A DNA stretch of 64,000 nucleotides from Sphingobacteriales bacterium (GCA_027483645.1 JAIXUD010000010.1:1-64000), one strand, 5' to 3'; positions 13,361 through 23,465 are shown, counted from the stretch's first letter. The notes: generated by a model not told the origin, from the letters alone. Translations and numbers: made by a program.

Positions 13361-13392
13361 GCCTTGGACCAGTATCTGTCCAAGGCTTTTTT
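13361..13392. terminator. Bidirectional rho-independent terminator
   Basis: aaaaaa-gccttggac-cagtatct-gtccaaggc-tttttt between convergent genes. Confidence 0.8.
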
Positions 13393-13414
13393 GTGTTAGG
13401 ATATTTTGTAAAGC

Positions 13415-15193
13415 TTATTGCTTTACAACCTTGTGCGTGCTTACGCCTTTGGCAGTAGCAACTTGTACAATGTAAAGGCCATTGTTCAGGCTGCTGATGT
13501 CCATTTTAATGGTAGTGTTAGCGTTTACGCCTTGCTCCATTACCAAGCGACCAGTAAAGTCGAATACTTTTACGCTCTCGGCTTGGGTATTGGCTTCTAG
13601 CACAATGTTCACCATGCTCGAAGTTGGGTTAGGGTAAACTGCAGTTACACCGCTGTATACATCTTCAATACCAACAGTGCTTATGATGTCGCTTTGTTGA
13701 CGAGGGCCGATTTGGTAAAAACGGTTGTAACGACCTTGGCTACCACCATCAAATTGACGGCCAGTGCCGATTACATTAAAGCGTGAAGGGAAGCTGTTGC
13801 TTACGCCAGCGGCACTATAGATTACCATTTCGAAAGTATCAACACCATTGGTAATGTCATAAGTTAAAGGGTCGCCGCTACCGCTTGGCTGACCTATAAC
13901 ACGCACACCATTTAACTGGATCAAGTCGCCTTCAGTATCTTCGTTAAGGTCGGTTACAATGCGTGGGGCAGGTACAGTTCCTGTTCCAAGTAAGGTAATG
14001 TCGGTCAGGTTGGTCATTTGGGCCAAACCATTAAAGTGGCTTACAGTACCAGTTACTTCGATAGAATCACCTTCTTGAACATTGCTATAACCTAAGTTTC
14101 CGCTTGGAGAGAATACACTCATGCCCGCAGTACCATCGTTAAAGGTAAAGTTTAGGCCACTTGGGCGTAAGTTAACTCCCAAAACGGTACCACGCACGAT
14201 AGCTACAATGCCTAATGAATCTGGCAAACCATTGGTGTTGCCGCCGCGTACTTGCGTAATAGTTAAAACAATTGCTGGTTTGATGGTAAGGGTAAATAAG
14301 CTATCGGCACCCAAATCAACACCGTTTGAAGGGTTGCGAAGTGCAAATACCAAAGTGGCTGGGTTAGTTAAAGAACCGGCAGTAACATTGATGGTAAGCG
14401 TATCCGTAACATCGCTATTGAAGGTTGCGGTTTGGGTAGTAAAGTTATCAACCAAAGCAGCATTGCCACTCTTCAACACCACGTCGGCAGTAAAGTTAGA
14501 GGCATTGATGCAAAGATTAAGATTTGCCACAATTTTAGTAGTGGTAGCGCTAATGTAAGTAGTACCGCTTGTGGTTGCAAATTGTACGGTGGTATCAGTA
14601 GCTGCAATGCAAGCGCTACAATGGTCGCCCAAATAAGTGGTAGTGTTTACTGGGAAAACGTTCCACTGGGTAGCGCCGGTAGTCCAGTTGGTAGTGCCTT
14701 CTTGTATAGTTGGCTTGCGTACTAAAGTATAATCCAAAGTAGAACCGCTGCCAACGGTATATCTTCCGTTCGCTGGCGGGGTAGTAGCATTGTAATCGCC
14801 CACTACATCAACAATTTCGCCAGCAACTACATCATACAATGCTACTGCATCATCGCCATTAAAGTTGATTACCGAATCGGTAGTGGCATCGGCGATGCCT
14901 TGTATGGTTTGGTTGGCACCAACATTGGCCACCACGTATACCGCTCCTGAAGCTAAGGTACCACTCAAGGGCATCGTATCTGGCGCGAAAGATTGACCGC
15001 TGTTGTTAAAGCCGCGCAAAATCAAACGATAGTTGCTCAGGTTTACAGCAGTTGCCGTAGGATTATAAATTTCGATTGCTTTATTGTTGCTGCTACCCTC
15101 CAAATACTCGGAGATAAATAGGTTGCTGCAATTCTGTGCCCATAAGCCCGAGGCAAGCATCAGCGAAAGCATGGTAAGCGTAAAATTTTTCAT
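13415..15193 (-). CDS. Secreted lamin-tail-domain protein with T9SS C-terminal sorting domain
   Basis: Signal peptide; N-terminal LTD-like segment (ISEYLEGSSNNKAIEIYNP...YRL); C-terminal Por/T9SS CTD (VYPNPTS...GLYIVQV...KVVKQ). Confidence 0.75.
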   Translation of the reverse strand: MKNFTLTMLSLMLASGLWAQNCSNLFISEYLEGSSNNKAIEIYNPTATAVNLSNYRLILRGFNNSGQSFAPDTMPLSGTLASGAVYVVANVGANQTIQGIADATTDSVINFNGDDAVALYDVVAGEIVDVVGDYNATTPPANGRYTVGSGSTLDYTLVRKPTIQEGTTNWTTGATQWNVFPVNTTTYLGDHCSACIAATDTTVQFATTSGTTYISATTTKIVANLNLCINASNFTADVVLKSGNAALVDNFTTQTATFNSDVTDTLTINVTAGSLTNPATLVFALRNPSNGVDLGADSLFTLTIKPAIVLTITQVRGGNTNGLPDSLGIVAIVRGTVLGVNLRPSGLNFTFNDGTAGMSVFSPSGNLGYSNVQEGDSIEVTGTVSHFNGLAQMTNLTDITLLGTGTVPAPRIVTDLNEDTEGDLIQLNGVRVIGQPSGSGDPLTYDITNGVDTFEMVIYSAAGVSNSFPSRFNVIGTGRQFDGGSQGRYNRFYQIGPRQQSDIISTVGIEDVYSGVTAVYPNPTSSMVNIVLEANTQAESVKVFDFTGRLVMEQGVNANTTIKMDISSLNNGLYIVQVATAKGVSTHKVVKQ

Positions 15194-15340
15194 CTGGTAA
15201 ATGGTCTATGTTAAGTAATTGTGCAAAGGTAAAGGATTTAACACCAAAATAATAAAGCGTGGTGTTAACGTATTGTTGTGGGTTGATTACTTGTTATTGG
15301 TTATTGGTTGATGTGTTTCTGAAGAATAGGATTCTAATAT

Positions 15341-15366
15341 CAACTGGCAACTCGTAACTCGCAATT
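15341..15366. repeat. CGTAACT/CGCAACT heptad repeat copy
   Basis: caactggcaactcgtaactcgcaatt, 175 bp upstream of the LTD gene start. Confidence 0.5.
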
Positions 15367-15372
15367 ATCATT

Positions 15373-16821
15373 CTACCTCGATACGGCAAACTTGCCACGG
15401 CCGTTTAGCTCATTGCCTTCTATCGAGAATATATAGTATCCAGGGGCCAAAAGTTCGGTTTGATAGGTAATGGTTTGCGCACCTGCCGATAAGTTTACCA
15501 CATCTTGCGAAACCAATTTGCCGCTAAGGTCATACACTGTAAAGGTTGAAGACTGAGCAACGGGTGCGGCAAATGAGATGTTTATCAAATCAGTTGTGGG
15601 TTGTGGGTATATGGCGAAATCAACTTGGCTGGTTGCTTCGGCAATGCCTACAAAGCCTGCACAATTGCCTGTAAGGGTCATGTTATTGAAATTGATGCAA
15701 TTCACCAGATTAGGGAAGTCGATAAATGGGTTGCGGTTACCTTGTTTGCTGAATACATATTCGTGCCTGGCTTTTTCGAAACCATCAGGCAAGTCGGCAA
15801 AGTGCCAGTCAAGTAGCACCTGCAACTCTTGATTGTCGGCATCACTTAGCAAGTTGTCCAAGCCCCAGTTTTCACCGTACTTGCCATTGTAGCACAGCAT
15901 CATATAAAATTTGGCTCGGGCGGCATCTCCCTTACGGGCATCGGTAATGTCGGCTACATCTTTATTACGGTAGTCATTCCCTTTGGTAAATTCCAAGTAA
16001 ACGTATTCGCCGGTTAGCGCAGTTCCAAAGGGGTGGTTGCTACGTTGAAAATTCACGTCGTTGTTAGATAGTTCCAGGGCATGTATATCGCAACCTTCGG
16101 GGGTAATCTCAAAATCAGCACGGCTGATGCCCGTGAAGTTTACCCAAGAAAAGGGCATGCGGTGCTCTCGGCTATAGTTATTGGCACCAAAACTAAATGT
16201 GCCTTGGTATAGCAGGTACTCGTTGCTGTATTGGCAGTTTACCACTTTCTGTCCATTAGTGGTGTCTCGGGCATGAAACTCTGCCACTAAGGTAGGCCCC
16301 ATATCGCCATAGGCTACCAACGTATGCGGGTTAATAAGCGTTTTCAAATCAACTAGCACATTGCTGCTATTAAAATCAATGCCATCGTAGTATCCATCTA
16401 TGTGGTTGTTGATGCTGCGCAGGGTACCTGTTAGCGGGTTGGCCTGCAAGTAATTGATGGTGCCCGCGTCGGTGCCGGTAATGTTGTAAGCATACACCGC
16501 AAAGTAGTAATCGGCCCCGGCGGCTACTTCTTTTATCCGAATTGCGGTAGAGCTGCTGGTAGAAAACACCTTGGCATTGCCCAAGCCTTGGCCCTTGGTA
16601 TAAACTACTCCATCAACTGGTGTGGCTACTATGGGCTGGGTGCTTCGCAGCACTAGGTATGCATCGGCGGCAGATGCATCAATTTTAATATCGAACACCC
16701 AAGCTTTGTCGTAAGCATCTTTGCGCAGGTTGGTAGGCTGGGCGGTTGGCTCTGATGCCAATTGTGCCATGGCATTCATGGATAATAAACCTACACATAC
16801 TGATAGTAAAATTCGGAACAT
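15373..16821 (-). CDS. Extracellular endonuclease I family nuclease with T9SS C-terminal domain
   Basis: Signal peptide; Endonuclease-I-like motifs (DWHFADLPDGFEKARHEYVFSKQGNRNPFIDFP); C-terminal T9SS CTD (FTVYDLSGKLV...GYYIFSI). Confidence 0.7.
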   Translation of the reverse strand: MFRILLSVCVGLLSMNAMAQLASEPTAQPTNLRKDAYDKAWVFDIKIDASAADAYLVLRSTQPIVATPVDGVVYTKGQGLGNAKVFSTSSSTAIRIKEVAAGADYYFAVYAYNITGTDAGTINYLQANPLTGTLRSINNHIDGYYDGIDFNSSNVLVDLKTLINPHTLVAYGDMGPTLVAEFHARDTTNGQKVVNCQYSNEYLLYQGTFSFGANNYSREHRMPFSWVNFTGISRADFEITPEGCDIHALELSNNDVNFQRSNHPFGTALTGEYVYLEFTKGNDYRNKDVADITDARKGDAARAKFYMMLCYNGKYGENWGLDNLLSDADNQELQVLLDWHFADLPDGFEKARHEYVFSKQGNRNPFIDFPNLVNCINFNNMTLTGNCAGFVGIAEATSQVDFAIYPQPTTDLINISFAAPVAQSSTFTVYDLSGKLVSQDVVNLSAGAQTITYQTELLAPGYYIFSIEGNELNGRGKFAVSR

Positions 16822-17032
16822 CGGCTATAATAATAGAAACAGAATACGCCAAAAATTAGACGGGAAAGTAAAGTTAAGAAAAGAAAAACAAATGCCTCCG
16901 GGATTTCTATGGTAGCATGTATGGTGTTTTTTGATAACGTTTTAGATGGTTTTCGTATAACTTGCCAGCGTTGTACGTTGCGCTTTGCCTTTTATTTCCT
17001 AAATTTCCACATTAAACCACAACATACTTTCA

Positions 17033-18145
17033 TTGAGAACTGCAAGCCTCGTATTACTACTACTTATTAATTTGGGCCTCGTCGCCCAAAATAGTAAGTT
17101 GCTGGAGCGTGGCATAGCGCACTTTGAGCAGGGTAGGAGGGGGCCTGCACTGGCGGCTTTCAACCAGCACTTGGTAGTTAACCCAGGCTCTACCGCTGCT
17201 TATTACAACAGGGCGCAGGTATATTTTGCTATGGATAGTTTTCAATTGGCATTGGCTGATTTGAAGTTTACCGAGCCCGACTTTGCTGCTAAAGCAAACT
17301 ATTGGCAACTTTTAGGAAGGGTTTTAATTAAACTTGAAAAGTATCAAGATGCCTTGGCTGCTTTGGATAAAGCGCTGGAATTGAATTTTTTGGATAGAGA
17401 TGCATTTCTCAACCGTGGTTATTGCTACTACAAACTCGGTTTTGTTGAGAAGGCAATAGCTGATTATGATGCCGCCCTAAAACTTGACCCATCCTTACCC
17501 GAAGGCTATTACAATCGTGCCTTGGCCTATCGCGTTCAAAAAAACGACTCTGCCGCACTTGCCGATTTGGATAAGGTGATTATTTTAAGCCCACCGTTTC
17601 TTAAAGCACGGTTGGAGCGTGGCAATATTTTATTTGAAATGGGCGCTTACGCCATGGCTATTGAGGATTACGATAGTTACATAAACGTGTATACCGATGA
17701 TGCCTTAGCACTAAACAACCGTGGCCTAGCGCATTCGCGCACCAATCAACACCTAGAGGCCATTGATGATTTTAGTGTAGCCATTGAAATAATGCCCGAC
17801 CGTGGCCGATTTTACTTCAACAGAGCTACTGAGCGGTTTTTTTTGAAGGAATTTGAAGCCGCCATTGCCGATTTCTCCAAGTCCATCGAACTATTGGAAG
17901 ATCCTAGCGAGGCTTATTATTTTAGGGGTAAGTTATACTATGAAAACAAAATGTATGATAAGGCTGTTGACGATTTGAAAATAGCCCATGAGCTAAAGCC
18001 TGACGACCGCCGTGCAACTGATTTATTGTTTTCGGCACGCATGGTGTTGTTCCTTTCGCGTTACTGGATATATTTGATAGCCATAGTGCTGTTGGCAATC
18101 AATGGCATTAGGCTTTATAGAAGGAATAAGACATTTGTGCGATAA
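17033..18145 (+). CDS. TPR-repeat protein with signal peptide and C-terminal TM helix
   Basis: Multiple 34-aa TPR units (AYYNRAQVYF, GYYNRALAYR, FYFNRATERF etc.) and a C-terminal hydrophobic helix. Confidence 0.75.
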   Translation: MRTASLVLLLLINLGLVAQNSKLLERGIAHFEQGRRGPALAAFNQHLVVNPGSTAAYYNRAQVYFAMDSFQLALADLKFTEPDFAAKANYWQLLGRVLIKLEKYQDALAALDKALELNFLDRDAFLNRGYCYYKLGFVEKAIADYDAALKLDPSLPEGYYNRALAYRVQKNDSAALADLDKVIILSPPFLKARLERGNILFEMGAYAMAIEDYDSYINVYTDDALALNNRGLAHSRTNQHLEAIDDFSVAIEIMPDRGRFYFNRATERFFLKEFEAAIADFSKSIELLEDPSEAYYFRGKLYYENKMYDKAVDDLKIAHELKPDDRRATDLLFSARMVLFLSRYWIYLIAIVLLAINGIRLYRRNKTFVR

Positions 18146-18157
18146 TAGTGCGAGTTT

Positions 18158-18251
18158 GTCTGAATCAGAATTTACAGAATTTCAAAATTGTAGAATTTGT
18201 TTCGACACTTGAATTCGGTAATTCTTAAATTCTGCAAATTCTGATTCAGAC
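18158..18251. mobile_element. MITE-like element with perfect 16-bp terminal inverted repeats
   Basis: gtctgaatcagaattt ... aaattctgattcagac flank an AT-rich 62-bp core. A partial copy (gaattcggcaattctgaaaattctgattcagac) is at 40799-40831. Confidence 0.55.
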
Positions 18252-18285
18252 TAATTAAACCATAATAACCAATAACTAATAACCA

Positions 18286-19905
18286 ATGAAACTAACCCAC
18301 AGCTACAAGCAAACTAAGGTAGATGGCCAATTTGATGTTATTGTTATCGGTTCTGGCATTGGTGGCCTAACTTCGGCGGCTTTGCTAGCAAAGGCAGGTA
18401 AGAAAGTATTAGTACTAGAGCGGCATTACACGCCTGGCGGATTCACCCACATGTTTAAGCGTAAGGATTACGAATGGGACGTGGGTATCCATTACTTGGG
18501 AGAGGTGCACCACCCTACTTCGGTGCTGGCCCAAGTGTTTGATTACCTAAGTGATGGCCATTTACAATGGGCCGACATGGGTGAGGTGTATGACAAAATT
18601 ATCTTTGGTGATGAAGTTTTTGATTTCCGTACTGGTGTTGGGGAGTTTAAGGCACAGCTAAAAAAATATTTTCCTGATAATGCCGACCATCAAGCCATTG
18701 ACGAATACGTGCAACTGGTATTTGAGGTGGCCAAGGCATCGGGTGGTTTTTTTGCAGAGCGCGCGGTACCCAAGGCGGTTAGCTTTCTTTTTGGCAGTTT
18801 TATGCGCCGTTCTCTTGATAAAATTGCCAGCCAAACTACCCGGCAAGTGCTAGAGGGCATTACTAAGAATGAGAGGCTAATTGGCGTGCTCACCGGTCAG
18901 TATGGTGATTATGGTTTGCCGCCTAGCCAAAGTAGCTTTGCCATACATGCTATGGTTGCTAAGCATTATTTCCGAGGCGGGGCATACCCTTTTGGCGGCT
19001 CCACCCGAATTTTCGATACCATTGCCCCGCTCATCATTAATGCAGGGGGCGCCATTTATACCAATGCTGAGGTAAAGGAGATACTTACCCAAGGCGGCAA
19101 GGTTACGGGCGTGCGCATGGCCAATGATGGCGTGATAAACGCACCTATGGTTATTAGCAGCGCTGGGGTGATGAATACTTACAACCACTTGCTTAACAAA
19201 GATTTGAGCGCCAAGTTAGGCCTGCCAGAACAAACGGCCCAGCTTACGCCAAGCTCGGGCCACTTGAGTTTGTATATAGGGCTTAAGCATACCGCGAAGG
19301 AGCTAGGCATACAAAAGCCCAACCTGTGGATATATCCGGATAATTATAACCACGACGAGAACATAGCCCGTTATGCGACCGATGAAAACGCGCCGCTGCC
19401 AGTGGTCTACATCTCTTTCCCAGGGGCGAAAGATCCTGATTTTACTAATCGGTTCCCCGGCCGCACTACCATCGAAATCATTACCGTGGCGCCATATGAG
19501 CGCTTCGCAAAATGGGATAACAGCCGCTGGAACCACCGTGGCGAAGATTATGAAGTCTATAAGGAAAAGCTCGCACAACGCTTGCTAGCGTACCTATACA
19601 AGTACGTACCCCAAACCCAAGGTAAGGTGGACTATTATGAGCTTAGCACGCCCCTCACTACCAAGCACTTTGTGGGCTATCAGCACGGCGAGATATACGG
19701 CATTGACCACACGCCGGACCGTTTCGCCAAAAAATTCCTCCGCCCGCAAACGCCTATTAAGGGGCTATACCTAACTGGGCAGGATATTGTAACTGCCGGT
19801 ATCGGCGGGGCATTGTTTGGTGGAGTAATCACCGCTTCGGCCATCCTTAAGAAGAACGTGATAAAAGGGATATTGGAGGATAGGGCGAAGGAAAGGAAAG
19901 GGTAA
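18286..19905 (+). CDS. FAD/NAD(P)-dependent oxidoreductase, phytoene desaturase (CrtI)-like
   Basis: N-terminal Rossmann fold DVIVIGSGIGGLTSAALLAKAGKKVLVLE; 539 aa typical of the CrtI/retinol-saturase family. Confidence 0.7.
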   Translation: MKLTHSYKQTKVDGQFDVIVIGSGIGGLTSAALLAKAGKKVLVLERHYTPGGFTHMFKRKDYEWDVGIHYLGEVHHPTSVLAQVFDYLSDGHLQWADMGEVYDKIIFGDEVFDFRTGVGEFKAQLKKYFPDNADHQAIDEYVQLVFEVAKASGGFFAERAVPKAVSFLFGSFMRRSLDKIASQTTRQVLEGITKNERLIGVLTGQYGDYGLPPSQSSFAIHAMVAKHYFRGGAYPFGGSTRIFDTIAPLIINAGGAIYTNAEVKEILTQGGKVTGVRMANDGVINAPMVISSAGVMNTYNHLLNKDLSAKLGLPEQTAQLTPSSGHLSLYIGLKHTAKELGIQKPNLWIYPDNYNHDENIARYATDENAPLPVVYISFPGAKDPDFTNRFPGRTTIEIITVAPYERFAKWDNSRWNHRGEDYEVYKEKLAQRLLAYLYKYVPQTQGKVDYYELSTPLTTKHFVGYQHGEIYGIDHTPDRFAKKFLRPQTPIKGLYLTGQDIVTAGIGGALFGGVITASAILKKNVIKGILEDRAKERKG

Positions 19906-20056
19906 TTTGAAGATTTGGGAATTTGAAAATTTGAAAATGGGTTTCCAATAATAATTCATGAACTTATCGGCAAAACGAATTGTCATATTGTTGTCATAAT
20001 ATCTTTAATCCGTTTTTCAATAGCTTAAAAATGATAAATTGCTGCAAATATAAGCC

Positions 20057-20539
20057 ATGCGAGTTATAGCCTATATTCTAACATTCTGTATAATAGCTTG
20101 GGGTTGCCAAAAGGATGTTGGTATCCAAGAAGAGGATGAAAAGCTAACCCAGAATCAAGCATGGAAACCTCTATATTGCCCTAGCTTATTGGGTACATAC
20201 CAAATGACAAGCTACTGTAGCTTTTTTGATATAACCAATGGTTTAATACAGCCTGATACCTTAACAGCCACGTTTAGTATCGATACTACTTTAGAAATGA
20301 ACCGAGATACGTTTGCTAAGGCGTCAGCTTCTTTTATTACTTTTTTTGACGAGGACAACTTCGACCCTGGTATATATCTTATGGTGGAGAACGGTACCTT
20401 GGTCTTACATTCAGAGCGAGTTAATGGTAGATTGATGACAGACTCCACTTGCGATGCCATCATCGATGGTGGTTACCAATTTGAGTACTTCGATGCTCTT
20501 TGGGATTGTGATAGCGTATGGGCAGTTAAAATTCTTTAA
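20057..20539 (+). CDS. Hypothetical lipoprotein
   Basis: Lipobox-like N-terminus (FCIIAWGCQ); no recognisable domain. Confidence 0.5.
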   Translation: MRVIAYILTFCIIAWGCQKDVGIQEEDEKLTQNQAWKPLYCPSLLGTYQMTSYCSFFDITNGLIQPDTLTATFSIDTTLEMNRDTFAKASASFITFFDEDNFDPGIYLMVENGTLVLHSERVNGRLMTDSTCDAIIDGGYQFEYFDALWDCDSVWAVKIL

Positions 20540-20567
20540 GTTTTGATGTCGCCCTGTATGTTTGAAG

Positions 20568-20812
20568 GCGGTCAGACGACTACGGTGGTGCGGGTAGTAA
20601 CCTAGCGTGTGGCAGAGCATTCTATTCGGAAAGGGCGTCCGACCGCTAAGATGAGGACCCTAGGCAACCGCCGCCATTATCTTACTTCAGTATTATAATT
20701 AGCATCATCCTTATCGCATAGACCGCTCGATAACAAGCGGTCGGACGGCTCTACGAATGAAAACCTCTCGATTCTAAAACTTATACCCGCACCACCGTAG
20801 CCGTCTGACCGC
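20568..20812. repeat. 245-bp imperfect palindrome (MITE-like or structured RNA) with nested inverted repeats
   Basis: Outer arms gcggtcagacgactacggtggtgcgggta / tacccgcaccaccgtagccgtctgaccgc match at 28 of 29 positions, and the single mismatch would be a G-U pair in RNA. Inner arms are gcgtccgaccgct / agcggtcggacggc. Confidence 0.6.
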
Positions 20813-20826
20813 ATCCCCTGCTTAAA

Positions 20827-20858
20827 AACTCGTAACCCGTAACTCGTAACCCGTAACC
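20827..20858. repeat. CGTAACC heptad tandem repeat copy
   Basis: aactcgtaacccgtaactcgtaacccgtaacc, about 85 bp upstream of the CocE/NonD gene. Confidence 0.5.
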
Positions 20859-20944
20859 ACCCCTCCAACTATTAAATCTCCTGCTCCATGCAACGGCTGG
20901 CGTAGCTGTGCGGTCATAACAACAACTAACCCCAACCCGCGTTA

Positions 20945-22831
20945 ATGAGATATTTGCTATTGCTGGTGCTTTGCGCCGCTACTGTTACCGTTTCGGCACA
21001 AAAGAAGAACAAAGATTACGTGGCTACCGATTGCTTGGCGCCCATCCCCGTACCGTACAACTACCAAGCAAACCAGTTGTATGATAAAATTGAAAGCAGC
21101 TCCTTTTACCTCACCATGCGCGATAGCGTGCAATTGGCCGTAAACCTATACCTGCCCAAGGGCCTGCCCGCTGGTGCCAAAGTGCCCACCATACTATACC
21201 AAACCCGCTACTGGCGCGGCGGTAGTTTCCGCTGGCCGTTCAATATGTTCCTCAGCAACTTCAGTACTGAGTATGGCAAACTGATCAAGGAAGTCATTAA
21301 GTCGGGCTATGCGGTAATGGCTGTTGATGTTCGCGGTTCGGGCGCATCCACCGGCAACAGCCCCTACCCATGGACGGCCGACGAAATAAAAGACGGTGCC
21401 GAGCTGGTGGATTGGGCCATCAAACAGCCTTGGAGTAATGGCCGCGTGGGCGCTGCGGGCGTATCTTACAGCGGCACTACTGCGGAGTTTTTGGCAGCCA
21501 ACATGCACCCTGCGGTAAAGTGCGTGGTGCCCATGTTCTCGCTGTTTGATGTATATGGCGATATCTCCTTCCCCAACGGGGTTCATTTTGATTATTTCAC
21601 CAAGAACTGGGGCGCGGCCAACGAGGCATTGGACAACAACCGATTGCCCGAAAAAGACAAAAAAGCGCGATTGGTGGTTCGTGGCGTAGAGCCAGTAAAA
21701 GGCGAGAAAGCCATGGTAAAAACCGCCGTGGAAGCACACCAAGAAAACCTAAGCGTATATGAAGGGGCGAAGACGATAGTTTACCGTGACGATCGCTCCA
21801 CCAACAAAGCCAACGTGAAGGCGGAGGTGTTTAGCCCATACTACTATAAAGACCAAATTGATAGCAGCGGCACGGTGGTGTACAGCATTAGCGGCTGGTA
21901 CGATGGCGACTACCAGCGCGCCTGTACCAAGCGTTTTTTAACCTACAACAACCCGAACAACAAACTGATACTCGGCCCTTGGGAACATGGCGGCAAGTAC
22001 AATTGCAGCCCCAGCAACTATGGTTTATCAGGTTTTGATAAGCTCAACGAATTGATGAAGTTTTTCGACCACTACTTGAAGGATGTGCCTACTGGTATTG
22101 AGAAGGAACCGCGGGTGCACTACTTTACCATGGTGCAGGAACAATGGAAAGCGAGCGATGTATGGCCACCGGCCGGTACCGTGCCCACCCCCATCTATTT
22201 TGCCCCTGACCATAAAATAGGCCCTACTGCCAACAACGCTACTGGCGAGGTGTATTATGAATACCAAGTAGATACGCTGGCGGGCACCGGCCCCGATGCC
22301 CGTTGGAACTCCGTTTTCGGAGAGCTTTACACGCCCAACGCATATAGCGATTTTAAGCAGCGGTTGGATAATATGCTAGTTATTAAAGGCGATGCCCTGC
22401 CCTCTGATATGGAGATTACTGGTCACCCCATTGCCAACCTATATATAAGCAGCAGCGATGAAGACGGGGCGGTGTTTGTGTATCTGCTGGAAGAACTGCC
22501 CGACGGCAGCATACGCTATATAACCGAAGGGAACATGCGCTTGATACACCGTAAGCTGTCCAACGATGCAAAGCGCCCCTATGTGGATTGTGTGCCGTAC
22601 CACAGTTTCTTGAAAGAAGATGCCGCGCCCATGGTGCCCAACAAACCAGAGAAAGTAGTGCTTGATTTGTTACCGGTATCATATTTGGTAAAGCAAGGTC
22701 ACAAATTAGTGGTTGCTGTAAGCTGTGTAGACAGAGACCACTTTGAAATTCTAGACAAGCCCGAAGATAAAATAAGAATATACTATACCGGACAAATGCC
22801 CTCGGGAGTGGTGCTGCCGGTTGTGAAGTAA
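20945..22831 (+). CDS. CocE/NonD family hydrolase (S15 X-Pro dipeptidyl-peptidase-like)
   Basis: Signal peptide; AVDVRGSGASTGNS nucleophile region; 628 aa. Confidence 0.75.
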   Translation: MRYLLLLVLCAATVTVSAQKKNKDYVATDCLAPIPVPYNYQANQLYDKIESSSFYLTMRDSVQLAVNLYLPKGLPAGAKVPTILYQTRYWRGGSFRWPFNMFLSNFSTEYGKLIKEVIKSGYAVMAVDVRGSGASTGNSPYPWTADEIKDGAELVDWAIKQPWSNGRVGAAGVSYSGTTAEFLAANMHPAVKCVVPMFSLFDVYGDISFPNGVHFDYFTKNWGAANEALDNNRLPEKDKKARLVVRGVEPVKGEKAMVKTAVEAHQENLSVYEGAKTIVYRDDRSTNKANVKAEVFSPYYYKDQIDSSGTVVYSISGWYDGDYQRACTKRFLTYNNPNNKLILGPWEHGGKYNCSPSNYGLSGFDKLNELMKFFDHYLKDVPTGIEKEPRVHYFTMVQEQWKASDVWPPAGTVPTPIYFAPDHKIGPTANNATGEVYYEYQVDTLAGTGPDARWNSVFGELYTPNAYSDFKQRLDNMLVIKGDALPSDMEITGHPIANLYISSSDEDGAVFVYLLEELPDGSIRYITEGNMRLIHRKLSNDAKRPYVDCVPYHSFLKEDAAPMVPNKPEKVVLDLLPVSYLVKQGHKLVVAVSCVDRDHFEILDKPEDKIRIYYTGQMPSGVVLPVVK

Positions 22832-22945
22832 AGGATTGCAGATCAAGCTGTGCTAGCACACTCCCGATGGGTTTTAACAATTGTGTGGAATGTTGTTAGG
22901 CTGTTTTACGTTATAATGGCTATATTCAAATTTTATTTTCGGGCC

Positions 22946-23179
22946 ATGACAACATTAACCGTTAAAGTAACAGACCCTAAGTTTGCAGAAATGCTGGAAA
23001 AGATGCTGCGCTCCATGGAGTTTGTGGATGCTGTGGAGGTTTCTGAAGACAATTATCAACTTACCGATGGTGAGATGATGATGTTGAAAGAACGTAGGGA
23101 AGAATATCGTAAAAACCCTAGCCAAACCCGCAGTTGGGACGAAGTTCAAAAAGAACTGAAGCAGCGATATGAGTTATAG
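22946..23179 (+). CDS. Type II antitoxin (putative addiction-module component, TIGR02574-like)
   Basis: C-terminal LTDGEMMMLKERREEYRKNPSQTRSWDEVQKELKQRY motif typical of this antitoxin family. Overlaps the toxin gene by 11 nt. Start chosen at the internal ATG. Confidence 0.6.
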   Translation: MTTLTVKVTDPKFAEMLEKMLRSMEFVDAVEVSEDNYQLTDGEMMMLKERREEYRKNPSQTRSWDEVQKELKQRYEL

Positions 23180-23465
23180 TATAAGGACCATTAGCAAGGC
23201 TGAGCAAGATATCGCCTCTGCTATTGAATGGTATCTGGAAATTAGCAAAGACTTGGCTATTCGCTTTAATCAAGAATTAGATGAGATCTTTTCTAAGCTA
23301 TTGGCTTTTCCAGAGGCTTACCCTATTGTATTCTTAGATATGCGAATGTATTTGATGAAGACTTATCCTTACAAAATTTTGTATGTGATAGATGGATCGG
23401 AAATAATTATCCATGCCGTTGTTCACTACAAGATGCACCCGAATAGTTGGCAAAGAAATAGATAA
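23169..23465 (+). CDS. Type II toxin, ParE/RelE superfamily
   Basis: 98 aa, small basic protein, with YRILY-like and IIIHAVVH segments. Gene overlap with the upstream antitoxin. Confidence 0.6.
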   Translation: MSYSIRTISKAEQDIASAIEWYLEISKDLAIRFNQELDEIFSKLLAFPEAYPIVFLDMRMYLMKTYPYKILYVIDGSEIIIHAVVHYKMHPNSWQRNR

